Below, in pieces: positions 1 to 11,579 of a DNA stretch of 64,000 nt. The first letter of the stretch is position 1. Each line of letters begins with the position of its first letter. A model generated the notes under the pieces. The model was given only the letters and a program-made list of their open reading frames with translations. It had not been told where the DNA came from and made no database searches. The stretch comes from Octopus sinensis. Taxonomy: Eukaryota. The translations under genes and the position numbers were made by a program. Location: NCBI RefSeq assembly GCF_006345805.1, contig NC_043017.1:32054001-32118000 (forward strand), in the 5' to 3' direction.

Positions 1-419
1 TTACATTCTCTTAAAGGCCATACTGGTTAACTGCTGGAAATGTCGCAGCATACAGTCTTACAATAAATTATTGTTATATACGGGATACCACTGTCAAGTT
101 TTATGAACATCTGGGTGTTTAAGGTTGATCCCATTCATAGAGTACTTCCAGAGTTCAATGTTCTTTAAATTAAACAAATTACAATAATTGAATTCAAAAG
201 CAACAATAAATGGGTAGTCTTCATTTTTGCCATCTTATTCACTACTTTGATACATTTAACTTGTAATACAATACCAGAGCGTAATTACTATTTTTCCCCG
301 TAAACAAAATCAGTTTGAATTTATCAGATTACAAGGAAGCCTAAATTGAAACGAGGTGTCTTAAATTAAAAACCTAGCCATTTTATTGTGCATCCAACTG
401 CATGTTTGAACAGCCAACA

Positions 420-453
420 TAGCTATCTATCTGTCTGTCTATCTATCTATCTT

Positions 454-508
<55 letters not shown>

Positions 509-561
509 GTCTATTTGTCTATCTATCTGTCTATCTGTCTATCTATCTATCTATCTATCTT

Positions 562-596
<35 letters not shown>

Positions 597-609
597 GTCT
601 ATTTGTCTG

Positions 610-680
<71 letters not shown>

Positions 681-775
681 GTCTGTCTGTCTGTCTGTCT
701 ATTTGTCTGTCTGTCTATCTATCTACCTGTCTTATCTGTCTATCTTAGTTATCTATCTATCTGTCTATCTGTCTA
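420..775. repeat. (TATC)n/(TGTC)n compound tetranucleotide microsatellite
   Basis: Direct reading; explains the 'IYLS' ORFs at 388-846. Confidence 0.97.
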
Positions 776-777
776 TG

Positions 778-929
778 TATGCATGGCTGTGTGATAAGAA
801 ACTTGCTTCCCAATTACATGGTTCCAGGTTCAGTCCCACTCTGTAGCACCTTGAGTAGGTGTCTTCTATACCTTCAAGCCAACCAAAACCTTGTCAATGG
901 ATTTGATAGATGGAAACAAAAAGAAGCCT

Positions 930-967
<38 letters not shown>

Positions 968-1180
968 CGTGTGTGTATGTTTTGCCCCCCCCCCCATTCC
1001 CCATATCGAGAGTTGTTGTTGTTGTTGTGTTATGTCCCCATGACTTAGTGGTTTGGCAAAGGTGATCAACAGAAGAACTACCAGGCTCAAAAAAATAAGT
1101 ATGGGAGTCAATTCATTTGATCAAAATTCTTCAAGGCAGTGCCCCAGCATGGCCATAGTCTAATGACTGAAAGATGCCAC
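778..1180 (+). mobile_element. SINE family A (tRNA-like head, internal TA/TG microsatellite), diverged copy
   Basis: Head with A-box-like tggctgtgtgataag and B-box-like ggttcagtccc, then ccttgagtaggtgtcttct; matches the many ~400 bp copies elsewhere in the window. Confidence 0.8.
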
Positions 1181-1194
1181 AGAGCAAAGATACA

Positions 1195-1460
1195 TCATCA
1201 TCATCTTCATCATCGTTTAGCATCCGCTTTCCGTGCTAGCATGGGTTGGACGGTTCAGCAGGGGATCTGGGAAGCCAGAAGGCTGCACCAGGCTCCAGTC
1301 TGATTTGGCAATGTTTCTACAGCTGGATGCCCTTCCTAACACCAACCACTCTGAGAGTGTAGTGGATGCTTTTTATGTGCCACCGGCACAGGTGCCAGAC
1401 AAGGCTGGCAAACGGCCACGATCAGATGGTGTTTTTTACATGCCACCGGCATGGAGGCCA
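1195..1460 (-). mobile_element. SINE-like family B (V-domain-like ggaagggcatccagc motif, (GAT)n tail)
   Basis: catcatc-gtttagcatccgctttccgtgctagcatgggttggacgg...ggatgcccttcctaac. Other copies at ~3290, 9715, 11090, 23385, 30830, 42900, 43820, 48350, 49360, 49760 and 53310. Confidence 0.8.
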
Positions 1461-2731
1461 ATTTATTTGTAAAGACATACGTGTATGTTATGCCCAAGGA
1501 AACAGAAACTTCAGGTTTGATATTGAGATATGCATTTAGCCTTCTAGAGTTGCTTGGACTCTAAGCAAGGATAAAAGCAACTGACGCAGGAGATGGAGAA
1601 CCCAGGAGATGGGTTTGCAGCAGACAATTGCAACAACTTTCTGCTGTTACCTTTTCCAAAATGTGTGGCTGGTTCTGCACAATCCTTTACAACTAAAAAG
1701 AAATCTTTTATGCGGATAGCCTTGCAGCTATAATATGATATCAGTTGCTAGACCCTCACATGTTGAAACTGATAGGTGAATCCACACACACACACACACA
1801 CTCACGCGCACACACAAACACACACAGAGCTAGATATTGCAAAGCCTCCCTGTGGATGGCCTAACAATGTAAGTACATTCCTTCTATGTTATTGATGTGT
1901 AGAAAAAAATTATAGAACCTCCTGATACACTGTTTCATGATTTGTTGATCATTCTTCAGGGAACTTTTTTCAGCACATCAATAGCATTGAAAGGCTGTAC
2001 TATTCTTAGTTCACCTACACCATGGCTTTTTAATATATGAATGTTTGTTCTTCTGATTTCACTGTGTTGGGCATTCGCTGGAGAGGGATTGATTAATGAT
2101 GATCTATGAAAAGCAGAAATATGCAAATTAGGCTTTTCACAAATATCCTAGCTTAATTTTTGACTGTTTTCTGTTGCAACTGACCTGAGCTAATTGACCG
2201 AGGAAAATGAAGCAGGATATGTCTTCTGTGAAGAATGGTAAATAAACAGACCATGAAACAGTCTATTGAGACTCAATCTATTTTCAGCACATTTATATCA
2301 TAGAAGAAATGTGTTTACGTACTTAGTTCATCCACAGTGAAGTCTTGTAATATTCACACTTATTTTCAATTATTCTTATTTACACTCTGTATAAAATAGT
2401 GTAGTTGGTGTGTGAGTGTATATAAATATATATATAACTAAAAATAAGGGTGTCTAAGAGACACTACCATGCCGAAATAGCAGTCAAAACCCTGACTTTA
2501 AAAACCACGTTAAATGTTCATATTGTACCATGAGATAAGACAGAGGGACAAAATAGACTAGCAAAAAATATTATTGAATAATTCAAGATCCAGGATTTCT
2601 GGTTTTGCTTTAAATAAGCTTTACTGTCATCGGTTGAATATATCAAAAGTACATAAATACAGATATATATATGCAGAACATATATATATATATATATATA
2701 TATCACCCTCACCTCACTTCTTATATACATG

Positions 2732-2766
<35 letters not shown>

Positions 2767-2899
2767 AAATTTTGAACAATGAGAAAGAGTGCTCAACACC
2801 ACATTGGGGACTAAAATTGGTTTCATGCTAAGAAAAATATCTTAATACCCAAACAATTTTTCAAGCTGATCACACGGAGGAATGCTGTTTGTCTCCATT

Positions 2900-3290
2900 T
2901 TGGATGGAAATGCGAAAGATCTTGGGAATTCACAAAAAAACAAAAAGGTATCGTAAAGAAATCAAGGGATGCTCATTGGGCTTTTAGAAGACCCCTCAAG
3001 TAAATATTTGACAACCATGGGCTTTCCCTCTCAACAAAACTCATGGTGTTTTATGCAACTGTCATCTCCACTTATGAGACACAGACCCTGTATTAAAAAG
3101 ACCTGAAAAATCTTGAGTGTTTCCAACAAGCCAAACTTCAGCAGATCTTCAACATAAAAATGTCGGGACCCACATATCAACAGTAAAGATCTCAACCACT
3201 CAGAAATGCCAAGCATTGTGGCTGCTATCCTCGACTATCATCAGAACGTGTCAGCCAAATAGCCCCTTCAAGACTTCCACAGATGAGCTC
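2900..3290 (+). mobile_element. RTE-type LINE, decayed C-terminal RT/thumb fragment
   Basis: Frameshifted translation KLMVFYATVIST-YETQTLY*KDLKNLECFQQAKLQQIFNIK resembles the RTE C-terminal motif (KLxVYxAxVxxxLLYGxETW...LExF...LRxILxI). Confidence 0.65.
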
Positions 3291-3293
3291 ATC

Positions 3294-3330
<37 letters not shown>

Positions 3331-5377
3331 GTTTAACGTCCGTTTTCCATGCTAGCATGGGTTGGACGATTCAACCGGGCTCTGGGAAGCCAGAAGGCTG
3401 CGCCAGGCCCAGGCTGATCTGGCAGTGTTTCTACAGCTGGATGCCCTTCCTAACGCCAAATGCCCTTCCTAGGCAAACAACATCGAGGAGCCCCAAAATG
3501 CAGATTCAAAAACCAACTGAAGTCTTCCCTCCTTCAAGCCAGCATCAGTCCTAACACCCGGGAAACACAGTGGGACTGAACCTGAAATCATGTGGTTAGG
3601 AAGCAAACATCTTACCACACAGCCATGCCTGTGCCTATGGATGGGCATGGCTGGGTAGAAAGATGAAAATAATAATTCAATAAAAGAGCTTGGTTTTAAT
3701 TTAGGTTCCCCTTTTTGATTTAGATTGCATTATCTTTAAATTCAAGGCTTGATAATAAATATGGTTCGGGCCTATACACACACAGAAAGCCTAGCCCTGC
3801 TGTGATTGATATGATTCATAAATGCCTGACTTTAAGGACAGGTTCCCTGATGCTGAAGATTCAGCCAGCTGTATCTTTCAACAGAGTCATTAAAATACAT
3901 TAATGACATATAACTGTAATAGCAGATGCATTTATGAGTTTCCTACAGAGGAGATACACATCTATAAACACATTAATAATCGCACTAGAAGAATCAGTTA
4001 TGTAATTAAATGCAAAATACATATGTACATACATGTCCAATCCATGCTAGCATGGAGAACAGATATTGCATGATGATGATGATGATGATGATGCTGTGTG
4101 TGTGTGTGTGTGTGTGTGTGTGTCATTATTCAGTTTTATTTCAAGATTTCTTGTCAATAGAGAAAGAGCCAGTTTCTAACCTAGATTCAAGGTTCCTTCA
4201 TTGGAAATTCAACATCAGCAACAGGGTATTTTTTATGCATGTATGTATGTTTATGTCAGGTCACTTTTGAGTTCTACTGGTAACATGTAACCCAGTACAA
4301 CCTGTTGCATGGTCGGGTCATCGGTGACTAAACCGGCAACCCCACCAAGCTTGCTTGGTGAGGAGGGTGTTTATTGGACACTCTGCAGGATGAAAAACAA
4401 AACCTGTCAAAGGGCAGAGGAACTCTCGAGAGTCAACGGCCATCCAATAAATGTCTTAAGGCTGTATCATGCGTGGGGACATAGAAATAATCAGACTGAA
4501 TACCCGATCGCGCGGTTAAACCATTGGGAGTGAAGGACTCCTAGCCTTTGTTAGAGCATCCTTCTAGGACAAGGTAACTCAGGTAACTGGGATAACTCCG
4601 ACATAAAACCTGCGGCTAAGTGGTTACCGATGATGTTGACTTGTTCTTCTTTTCGGATTATGGCTGCTGTTGCTTAGTGAGTGGGATTGACTCAGTGCAC
4701 AGCCTTTCCTCACTTTAAAAAAAATCTTCTTGCACAGTCATTGCACGATAACAACATTGATTAAACTTCGTGCAATGGCCATACTCGATAACGAGGAGGC
4801 AGCCACCATATATATATATATATATATATACATATATGTATATATATGTATATATGTATGTATGTATTATGTATGTATGTGCAGATTTGTGTGTTCTATG
4901 GATGTATTCTCATGCATAGAGTGACACGTGTTCATATATATTTAAATGATAAACTTCTGGAGAGTTTTACCGATTATTATAGTTCCAGTGATGGATTTGA
5001 TCTGTAGTCTTCTTTCTGGTTTTGAGAAGCCTAATTTCTCAAGATTCATATTTAGGCAGTGCGCTATATATCTTAGGGCCCCAACAAGTACAGGTATATG
5101 TGTATGCATGTATTTGCATTTACCACCCAGATGGTTCCATATTCAGTCCCACTGCATGGCACCTTGGGTGTCTTCTACTATAGCCCTGAGCTGGCCAAAG
5201 CTTTGTGAGAGGATTTCGTAGATGGAAACTAAAAGAAGCCCATTGTATGTGTGTGTGTGTGTGTGTGTGTGTCCCACTACCACTTCGCAACTGATGTTGG
5301 TGTGTTTACATCCCTGTAACTTAGCAGTTTGGAAAAAGAAACCAATAGAATTTTTTTTTTTACTTGTTTCAGTCATT

Positions 5378-5752
5378 TGACTGTGGCCATGCTGGAGCAC
5401 TGCCTTTAGTCAAGAAAATCAACCCCAGGACTTATTCTTTGTAAGCCTAGTACTTATTCTATTGGTATCTGTTGCTGAACCGCTAAGTTACAGGGACATA
5501 AACACACCAGCATCGGTTGTCAAGCAATGCTAGGGGGACAAACACAGACACACAAACACACACACGCATACACATATATACATATATATGACGGGCTTCT
5601 TTCAGTTTCCGTCAACCAAATCCACTCACAAGGCTTTGGTCGGCCCGAGGCTATAGTAGAAGACACTTGCCCAAGGTGCCATGCAGTAGGACTGAACCCA
5701 GAACCATGTGGTTGGTAAGCAAGCTACTTACCACACAGCCACTTCTACGCCT
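5378..5752 (-). mobile_element. SINE family A, near-complete copy
   Basis: tttcagtcatttgactg...ccacacagccacttctacgcc; co-linear with the other copies. Confidence 0.9.
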
Positions 5753-6167
5753 ACATAAAATATTAAAATCTGTCTGAAGCCTGCAGAATCTTTCGGCCAG
5801 AACCTGTCCCAATTCCCATGGGGGGGGGGCGTGAGTGACTGAGAAGATTCCATCCAGAAGAGAACACCAATCCATCCCAAAGTTAACCCCCACCCCCAGT
5901 TGCAGCTCGTACCTATTCATAGACGAGTGAAATGAAGCATCTTGCTGAAGAGCGTAATGGGTTAACTGGTACAGCTGCCGGTGTTGAAGTCAATATTCAT
6001 ATTGTCAGCTTCAAAGTGTTAATGTATGAATTATTATACAAATATCCCAATTCCATTGAATAAGCAGTACTTGGAAAATATCAATGTTCATTATGGTAAT
6101 CTTAGCAACTTGATATTGCCCAAAAGAATCACTTCTTGAAATCTCAAAAATTTTTATTTGTCATAAG

Positions 6168-6552
6168 GAAATAATAATTGTTGTTGTTGCTGTGTTATTT
6201 CTGTTGTTAAATTTTTTATTATATTCTTCTATCTTGCTATCATCATCACGGGGGCTTCCATCAACTCTCACCATTGAAGATGTCATGTTTGAAAAGAAAA
6301 ATAGTTTTATGTTCTCCAGGAAAAAAACATTTTTTAAAAAAGTCAATAAAATGAAGAAGAATACAATAATAACATATTCTGCCCCCAAGCAAGATGAAAA
6401 CACGGAATTAAACACAAACTCATGTCTAAAACGGTTTATAACACTAGCGAAAGCATAAAGTTCTCAGCTGAATCACAGAGAAACAGGAATCCCAGAACAG
6501 TTAAAAAAAGTACTTTTTCCCACTCAAGATGAAAAAACCTTCTCTCCGTGTG
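6168..6552 (+). CDS. Candidate exon of an orphan secreted protein (signal-peptide-like N-terminus); in-frame TAA at 6456-6458
   Basis: Acceptor tttttatttgtcataag|GAA; EIIIVVVAVLFLLLNFLLYSSILLSSSRGLPST... is open for 96 codons. After TAA the frame stays open for 31 codons to a phase-1 donor TGT G|gtatta. No homology recognised. Confidence 0.3.
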
Positions 6553-6965
6553 GTATTAGAGTATTCTGATATAGCAATTAAATGCGATCATTGTTTACAG
6601 TGAATTTTATGCAAATGTTTAAAAAAAAAAAATTTATGAATATTTATTATGAATTATAATGATAAAAAATAAGTGCAGAAATAGCCGTGTGGTTCGGGGT
6701 GTCTACTTCGGAATCATGTGGGTTTGGGTTTGGTAGTATAAGATGTGGCACCTTCAATGAGTGTCTTCTAGTAAAACCTAGAACTGGGAATTTGGTTCGT
6801 GAGAATTTGGTAGGTGGAAACTATGAGGAATTTGCTTCCCATGTGGTTGGGGGTTCAGTGCCTCTGTGTGGCTCTTTGAGATCGTGTCTTCTGTTATAGC
6901 CCCAGGGCAAGTCTTGGGAGTGGATTTGGAAGATGGATTAGATGGAAGCAGAAAATGACCTACCA

Positions 6966-7005
<40 letters not shown>

Positions 7006-7109
7006 GATGTGTGTACATGGGTGTGTGTGTGTGTGCGCGCGTACATGTGTGTGTGTGTGTGTGAGTATCTGTGTGTGTGTGCATGTGAATGTCTGTGTGC
7101 TTGAGTATG

Positions 7110-8045
7110 TTAGTGGTTTCTTGTCTTGTCATGTTGAGAGAAAAATAAGCTGGAATGAGATATGGATGTGGACTACATCTTGGATAAGTTTTCTTATTCA
7201 TTCATTCTATGATGTCTTGCCATCACCTCCAAATCTAGTAAGATGGAACTTCTCAGAGAAGGATATACGCAAATGCGGAAAGGTCCGAACACTGAAACAT
7301 ATTCTTTCCAATTGTTCACTGTCATTCAACAGATATACATGGAGACACAACATGGCCCTTAAGGTTATCCTTAATGCTATAAAGAACCAAATTGCTCTCA
7401 TCAGGAGTGGAAAAAATTCTAATGAAAGATCCAACCAGAGATTTCATTACCTTCATGCACTCTGGACAGCAGATCCATTTCAAGAAGAAACTTCCTGTGA
7501 GTGATGAAAAGTGGAACAGCTATTGGGAGATGGCTGCAGATTTACCAGGGTGCCAAGGATTCTTTCCCATTTTGGTTATGGAAAAAATGGATATTATAAT
7601 GAGGAGTAAAAGAGAGAAAGTGATGAATCTAGTCGAGTTAACGGTTCCTCATGAAGGTAACATAGACTCAGGCTCGAAAGATTGACCATTGTGTAAACCT
7701 CGTCAAGGAATGTGAAGACGCAGGTTGGAAAGTGGAGCATTTTTCAATCGAAGTTGGATATAGAGAGTTTGTTGGACACAGTGTGAGACGACTTTTATCA
7801 TTAGGCCTTGACTCATTGTAACGCAAATACCACAAAGAATGATATACAAACCACAGTGGAAATGGCTAGCCGCTGAATTTGGTTGAAAAGAAATGATGAA
7901 CGATGGCAAGAAGAATATTGAGCTTTATTTGACAACCAGTTAATCTAACAAGCAGGGCCTCATTTCAGTGAGAGGAGCCGATGCACAATGATGCCATCGA
8001 GAGTTAGGCCCTGAAATGGCAAACTTTCTCTCTTGATGACCCATA
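7110..8045 (+). mobile_element. HERO-like (RLE-class) non-LTR retrotransposon, 5'-truncated, frameshifted
   Basis: ISWNEIWMWTTSWISFLIHSFYDVLPSPPNLVRW...TLKHILSNC...RYTWRHN (decayed CCHC knuckle). Then ...DIIM...VMNLVELTVPHEGNID, and IEVGYREFVGHSVR and ASRWIWLKRN in shifted frames (restriction-like endonuclease). Confidence 0.85.
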
Positions 8046-8055
8046 CATTTGCTTG

Positions 8056-8440
8056 TGGAGGCACATGGCCTAGTGGTTAGAGTAGCGGACTCGCAGTCAA
8101 GGGATTGTGGGTTTAAATATCAGACCGGGTGATGTGTGTGCTTATGAGCGAAACACCTAAGCTCTACGCAGCTCCGGCAGAAGGTAATGGCAAACTGCTG
8201 CTGACTCTTTCGCCACAACTTTCTCTCTTTCCTCCTGCATCTTGCAGCTCACCTGCGACAGACCAGCGTCCCATCCAGGTGGGGAACCTATACACTAAGG
8301 AAACCAGGAAACCAGCCCTATGAGCCTGGTATACATGGGTAACAGTTGGTCTTCCACAAACAACCTTGCCTGGATTTGTGCCTTGGAGGGGAACTTTCTT
8401 GGTGCAATCCCATGGTCATTCATGACTCAAGTGGGGACTT
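8056..8440 (+). mobile_element. tRNA-headed SINE family D, mosaic copy
   Basis: ggaggcacatggcctagtggttagagtagcggactcgcagtc head. Body resembles the 15280 copy; tail resembles the 46675 and 23200 copies. Confidence 0.8.
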
Positions 8441-8812
8441 TACCAAGCATGCATTTACATACAATTGGCTTCTTACAATATTTATCCACTAAATCTGCTT
8501 TTAAGGATTTGGTTGGCCCATTAATGTTGTAGTAGACACTTACCCAAAATGCTCCACCGAGAGATTGAACCTGAAATCACAATGTTTGTGAAACAGACTT
8601 CTTAAACACACAACCACGTGGATACTAATACATAAAGTATAAACTATAGTCAAAGACACTTTTTTTCTTTTGTTTCAAATTAAAAGTGGTGAACACTGAA
8701 ATGTTCCAGAATTACTTGTAAATAAAATTTAATGATAAATAAATAATCTGATTAATCAAATAAATATTCCCTTTCCATCAAATTAAATGAGTTTTATCTC
8801 AATCTTCCACAG

Positions 8813-8990
8813 GTATGTGTTGGACACATCTGTTCAACAGTAAGAATAATAGAGATAATGGCAAAAACAAAGACGCCGCTGCCAACGATGATGAGATGAT
8901 GATTATGATAAAGTCTTTTATTAGTTGCAAGGACCCGTGGCATCGAAGACAATACAAGAATGAAACACAAACCAAAATACAAACCACAAA
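8813..8990 (+). CDS. Candidate internal exon (phase 1 to 2), unknown protein
   Basis: Acceptor ttttatctcaatcttccacag|, donor AA|gtgag. 178 nt open frame MCWTHLFNSKNNRDNGKNKDAAANDDEMMIMIKSFISCKDPWHRRQYKNETQTKIQTT, in non-repetitive sequence. Confidence 0.45.
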
Positions 8991-9099
8991 GTGAGATTTA
9001 TATTGCATAGAAATTTTAACAAAATTCTGAAGATATTTTTATTATTTATTTATTTCAGTCATTTGACTGCGGCCATGCTGGAGCACTGCCTTCACTCTT

Positions 9100-9508
9100 T
9101 ACTCTTTTATTCTTTTACTCTTTTACTTGTTTCAGTCATTTGACTGCGGCCATGCTGGAGCACCGCCTTTAGTCGAGCAAATCGACCCCGGGACTTATTC
9201 TTTGTAAGCCCAGTACTTATTCTATCAGTCTCTTTTGCCGAACCGCTAAGTAACAGGGATATAAACACACCAGCATCGGTTGTCAAGTGATGCTGGGGGA
9301 TCAAACACAGACACACACACATATATATATATATATATATGTATACGACGGGCTTCTTTCAGTTTCCGTCTACCAAATCCACTCACAAGGCATTGGTCAG
9401 CCCGAGGTTATAGCAGAAGACACTTGCACAAGATGCCACGCAGTGGGACTGAACCCGGAGCCATGTGATTGGAAAGCAAGCTACTTACCACACAGCCGCT
9501 CCTGCGCC
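9100..9508 (-). mobile_element. SINE family A, full-length copy (preceded by a duplicated tail fragment at ~9050)
   Basis: Co-linear with the family consensus seen across the window. Confidence 0.9.
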
Positions 9509-9716
9509 TTGAAGATTTTTTCAAATAAATTGACCCCACCACCAAGTAATTATTTTTAAAGGCTGGTACTTATTCTATCAGTCTCTTTTGCCAAACTGCT
9601 GCGTTACAGGGACATAAACATGCCTACACCAGTTGTCAAGCAGTGGGGGTGTGGGAACAAACTTAGATACAAAGACACAAATACATATACAGATATACAT
9701 GCATATATATATGTAT

Positions 9717-9748
<32 letters not shown>

Positions 9749-9895
9749 TGTTTAATGTTCGCTTTCCATGCTAGCATGGGTTGGATGATTTGACTGAGGA
9801 TTGGCGAACCAGATGGCTGCACCAGGCTCTAATCTGATCTGGCAGAGTTTCTACAGCTGGATGCCCTTCCTAATGCCAACCACTATGAGAGTGTA

Positions 9896-9939
<44 letters not shown>

Positions 9940-9941
<2 letters not shown>

Positions 9942-10180
9942 CCATGTTGATTTGCTAGCCTCTGCACGCATATTTTTTTTCTCTCCTTCTTTCTGTGTTT
10001 TTTCTCTGTGTATCTTTCTGTTGAAGAGCGTAGGCTCGAAACGTTAAAGACTTGTTTTATTCATATTTCCTGAGCGCCGTAATAATACAATTGTTTGTTT
10101 GTATTCCACCTGCCTTCGTCTTTTGTTTATTTCCGTAAACCTGCCTTCGTCTTTTGTCTATTTTCATAAAGCTTCCCGAT
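9940..10180 (+). mobile_element. Penelope-like pLTR/retrozyme-like short repeat with minimal hammerhead motif, inserted in (TA)n
   Basis: Flanked by (TA)n; contains tcttt-CTGTTGA-A-GAGC-gtag-GCTC-GAAAC-GTT-aaaga at 10013-10050. Related copy at 42005-42185. Confidence 0.65.
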
Positions 10181-10208
10181 ATATATATATATACACACAC
10201 ACACACAT

Positions 10209-10530
10209 ATGAGGGGAAGTCAAGAATTATCTGCACTTTTGCCATAACATATCTTTATTACACACAAGAGCAGCTTTTTGATACAAGCCCACAAGTTGCT
10301 GATGCACAGGTGCTAAACAACGGTATACAGGACTGTTTCATTCCCTTGCATACATCTCAGAAACATTCAGCTGTTGGCACTTCCATGTCTTTAGAGCTTG
10401 TCCTCAACAGGTAATGCACCTCCTGTAGCACTGCAAGGCAGTGATTTTGGATGTTATTTGTAAATACTGACTTGAACGTTCCCCAGTAGAGACAACTCAG
10501 ATTGGAGTAGCAAGCATTTTGACTGAAACA
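10209..10530 (-). mobile_element. Old mariner-like remnant (3' end and TIR)
   Basis: TA-tgaggggaagtcaagaattatctgcac resembles mariner TACGAGGG-type TIRs; weak decayed transposase C-terminal similarity on minus. Confidence 0.45.
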
Positions 10531-10630
10531 GGGGAATTTGAACTCAGAACGTAGTGGCAGATGAAATACTGCTGAGCATTTCACCCAGTTTGCTAACGAT
10601 TCTGCCAGCTCACTGCCTTATATATATATA

Positions 10631-11050
10631 CATATATAAGTTCAGCAAAAATTTAGATTCAAATGAATATGGTACTTAATTTAGATGCACCAGAATTTTG
10701 TATGGTGTTATCCATAAGAATCCGTGGGGTGATTATAAGCAAAATAAGCAACAAGAATGACTCTGGTAATTTGGTACGATCATTTCATACTACATCATTT
10801 TATTAAATGTTGTAAGTATTACAACAGATTTAAGATGCTGAGAACCCTAACCCTAACCCTAACCATCTACCTTCTCTATAATGTTGCCACTTGATTTCAA
10901 AAATTTTTGTATTAATGGAAAACCTCTATAATTGGCTGATGAGTACTCAGCATCTTAAATCTGTTGTAATACTTACAACATTTAATAAAATGATGTAGTA
11001 CGAAACGATCGTACCAAATTATCGGAGTCATTCTTGTTGCTTATTTTGAA
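10631..11050. mobile_element. Penelope-like pLTR pair in inverted arrangement (103-bp arms 10740-10842 and 10946-11048)
   Basis: Arms are reverse complements with 4 mismatches by eye. Same family as 62326-62703; (TA)-rich flanks; carries a hammerhead motif. Confidence 0.7.
10928..11022 (+). ncRNA. Type I hammerhead ribozyme with intact core and extended stem II
   Basis: Stem I ataattgg/ccaaattat; CTGATGA at 10936-10942; stem II gtact...agtac enclosing a further hairpin (tgttgtaa/ttacaaca); GAAA; stem III AC-gatc-GT; GTA triplet with predicted cleavage after 11013. Confidence 0.8.
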
Positions 11051-11579
11051 TATACATATATATGCATACATACTTAAAGCACTTATTTCAGTGTCGTAAA
11101 AAGCACCTGTCCTGGTGCCATTTATAAAAGCACCTGTGCCGGTACCACATGGAAAAGTACCTGTGCTGGTGCCTAGGAGAAAAGCACACATGTTGGTGCC
11201 AAATAAAAGCACTTGTGCTGTTGTCATGTAAACTCACTAGTGCCGGTGCCATATAAAAGCCCTCGGTACACTCTGGAAGGTGGTTGGCATTAGGAAGGGC
11301 ATCCAACCATAGAAACCATGGCAAAACAGACAAATGGAACCTGGGCAGCTCTCTGGCTGGCCAGCTCTTCCCCCTCAAGCCAGCCAACCCATGCCAACAT
11401 GGAAAAAAGAAGTTAAGCATTAATAATGATGATGATGATGATGATGATATATACATATATATATGAGACAGTCTGCTTGACTTTTTGTCTATGATTTTCA
11501 TTCACAAGGTATTGGTTGATTCACAGCTATTGAATAAAACATTAGTCAACAACTTACATGTAGTGGGGCTGTGTGTGTA

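Noticed and set aside
388-846. IYLS-, YI-, HT- and CV-repeat ORFs here and across the window
   Set aside because: Translations of tetra- and dinucleotide microsatellites.
7960-8045. Permuted hammerhead in the HERO 3' UTR (GAAA...TTGATGA); also ctgatga at ~60525
   Set aside because: No stem II pairing can be formed and the GAAA/NUH geometry fails.
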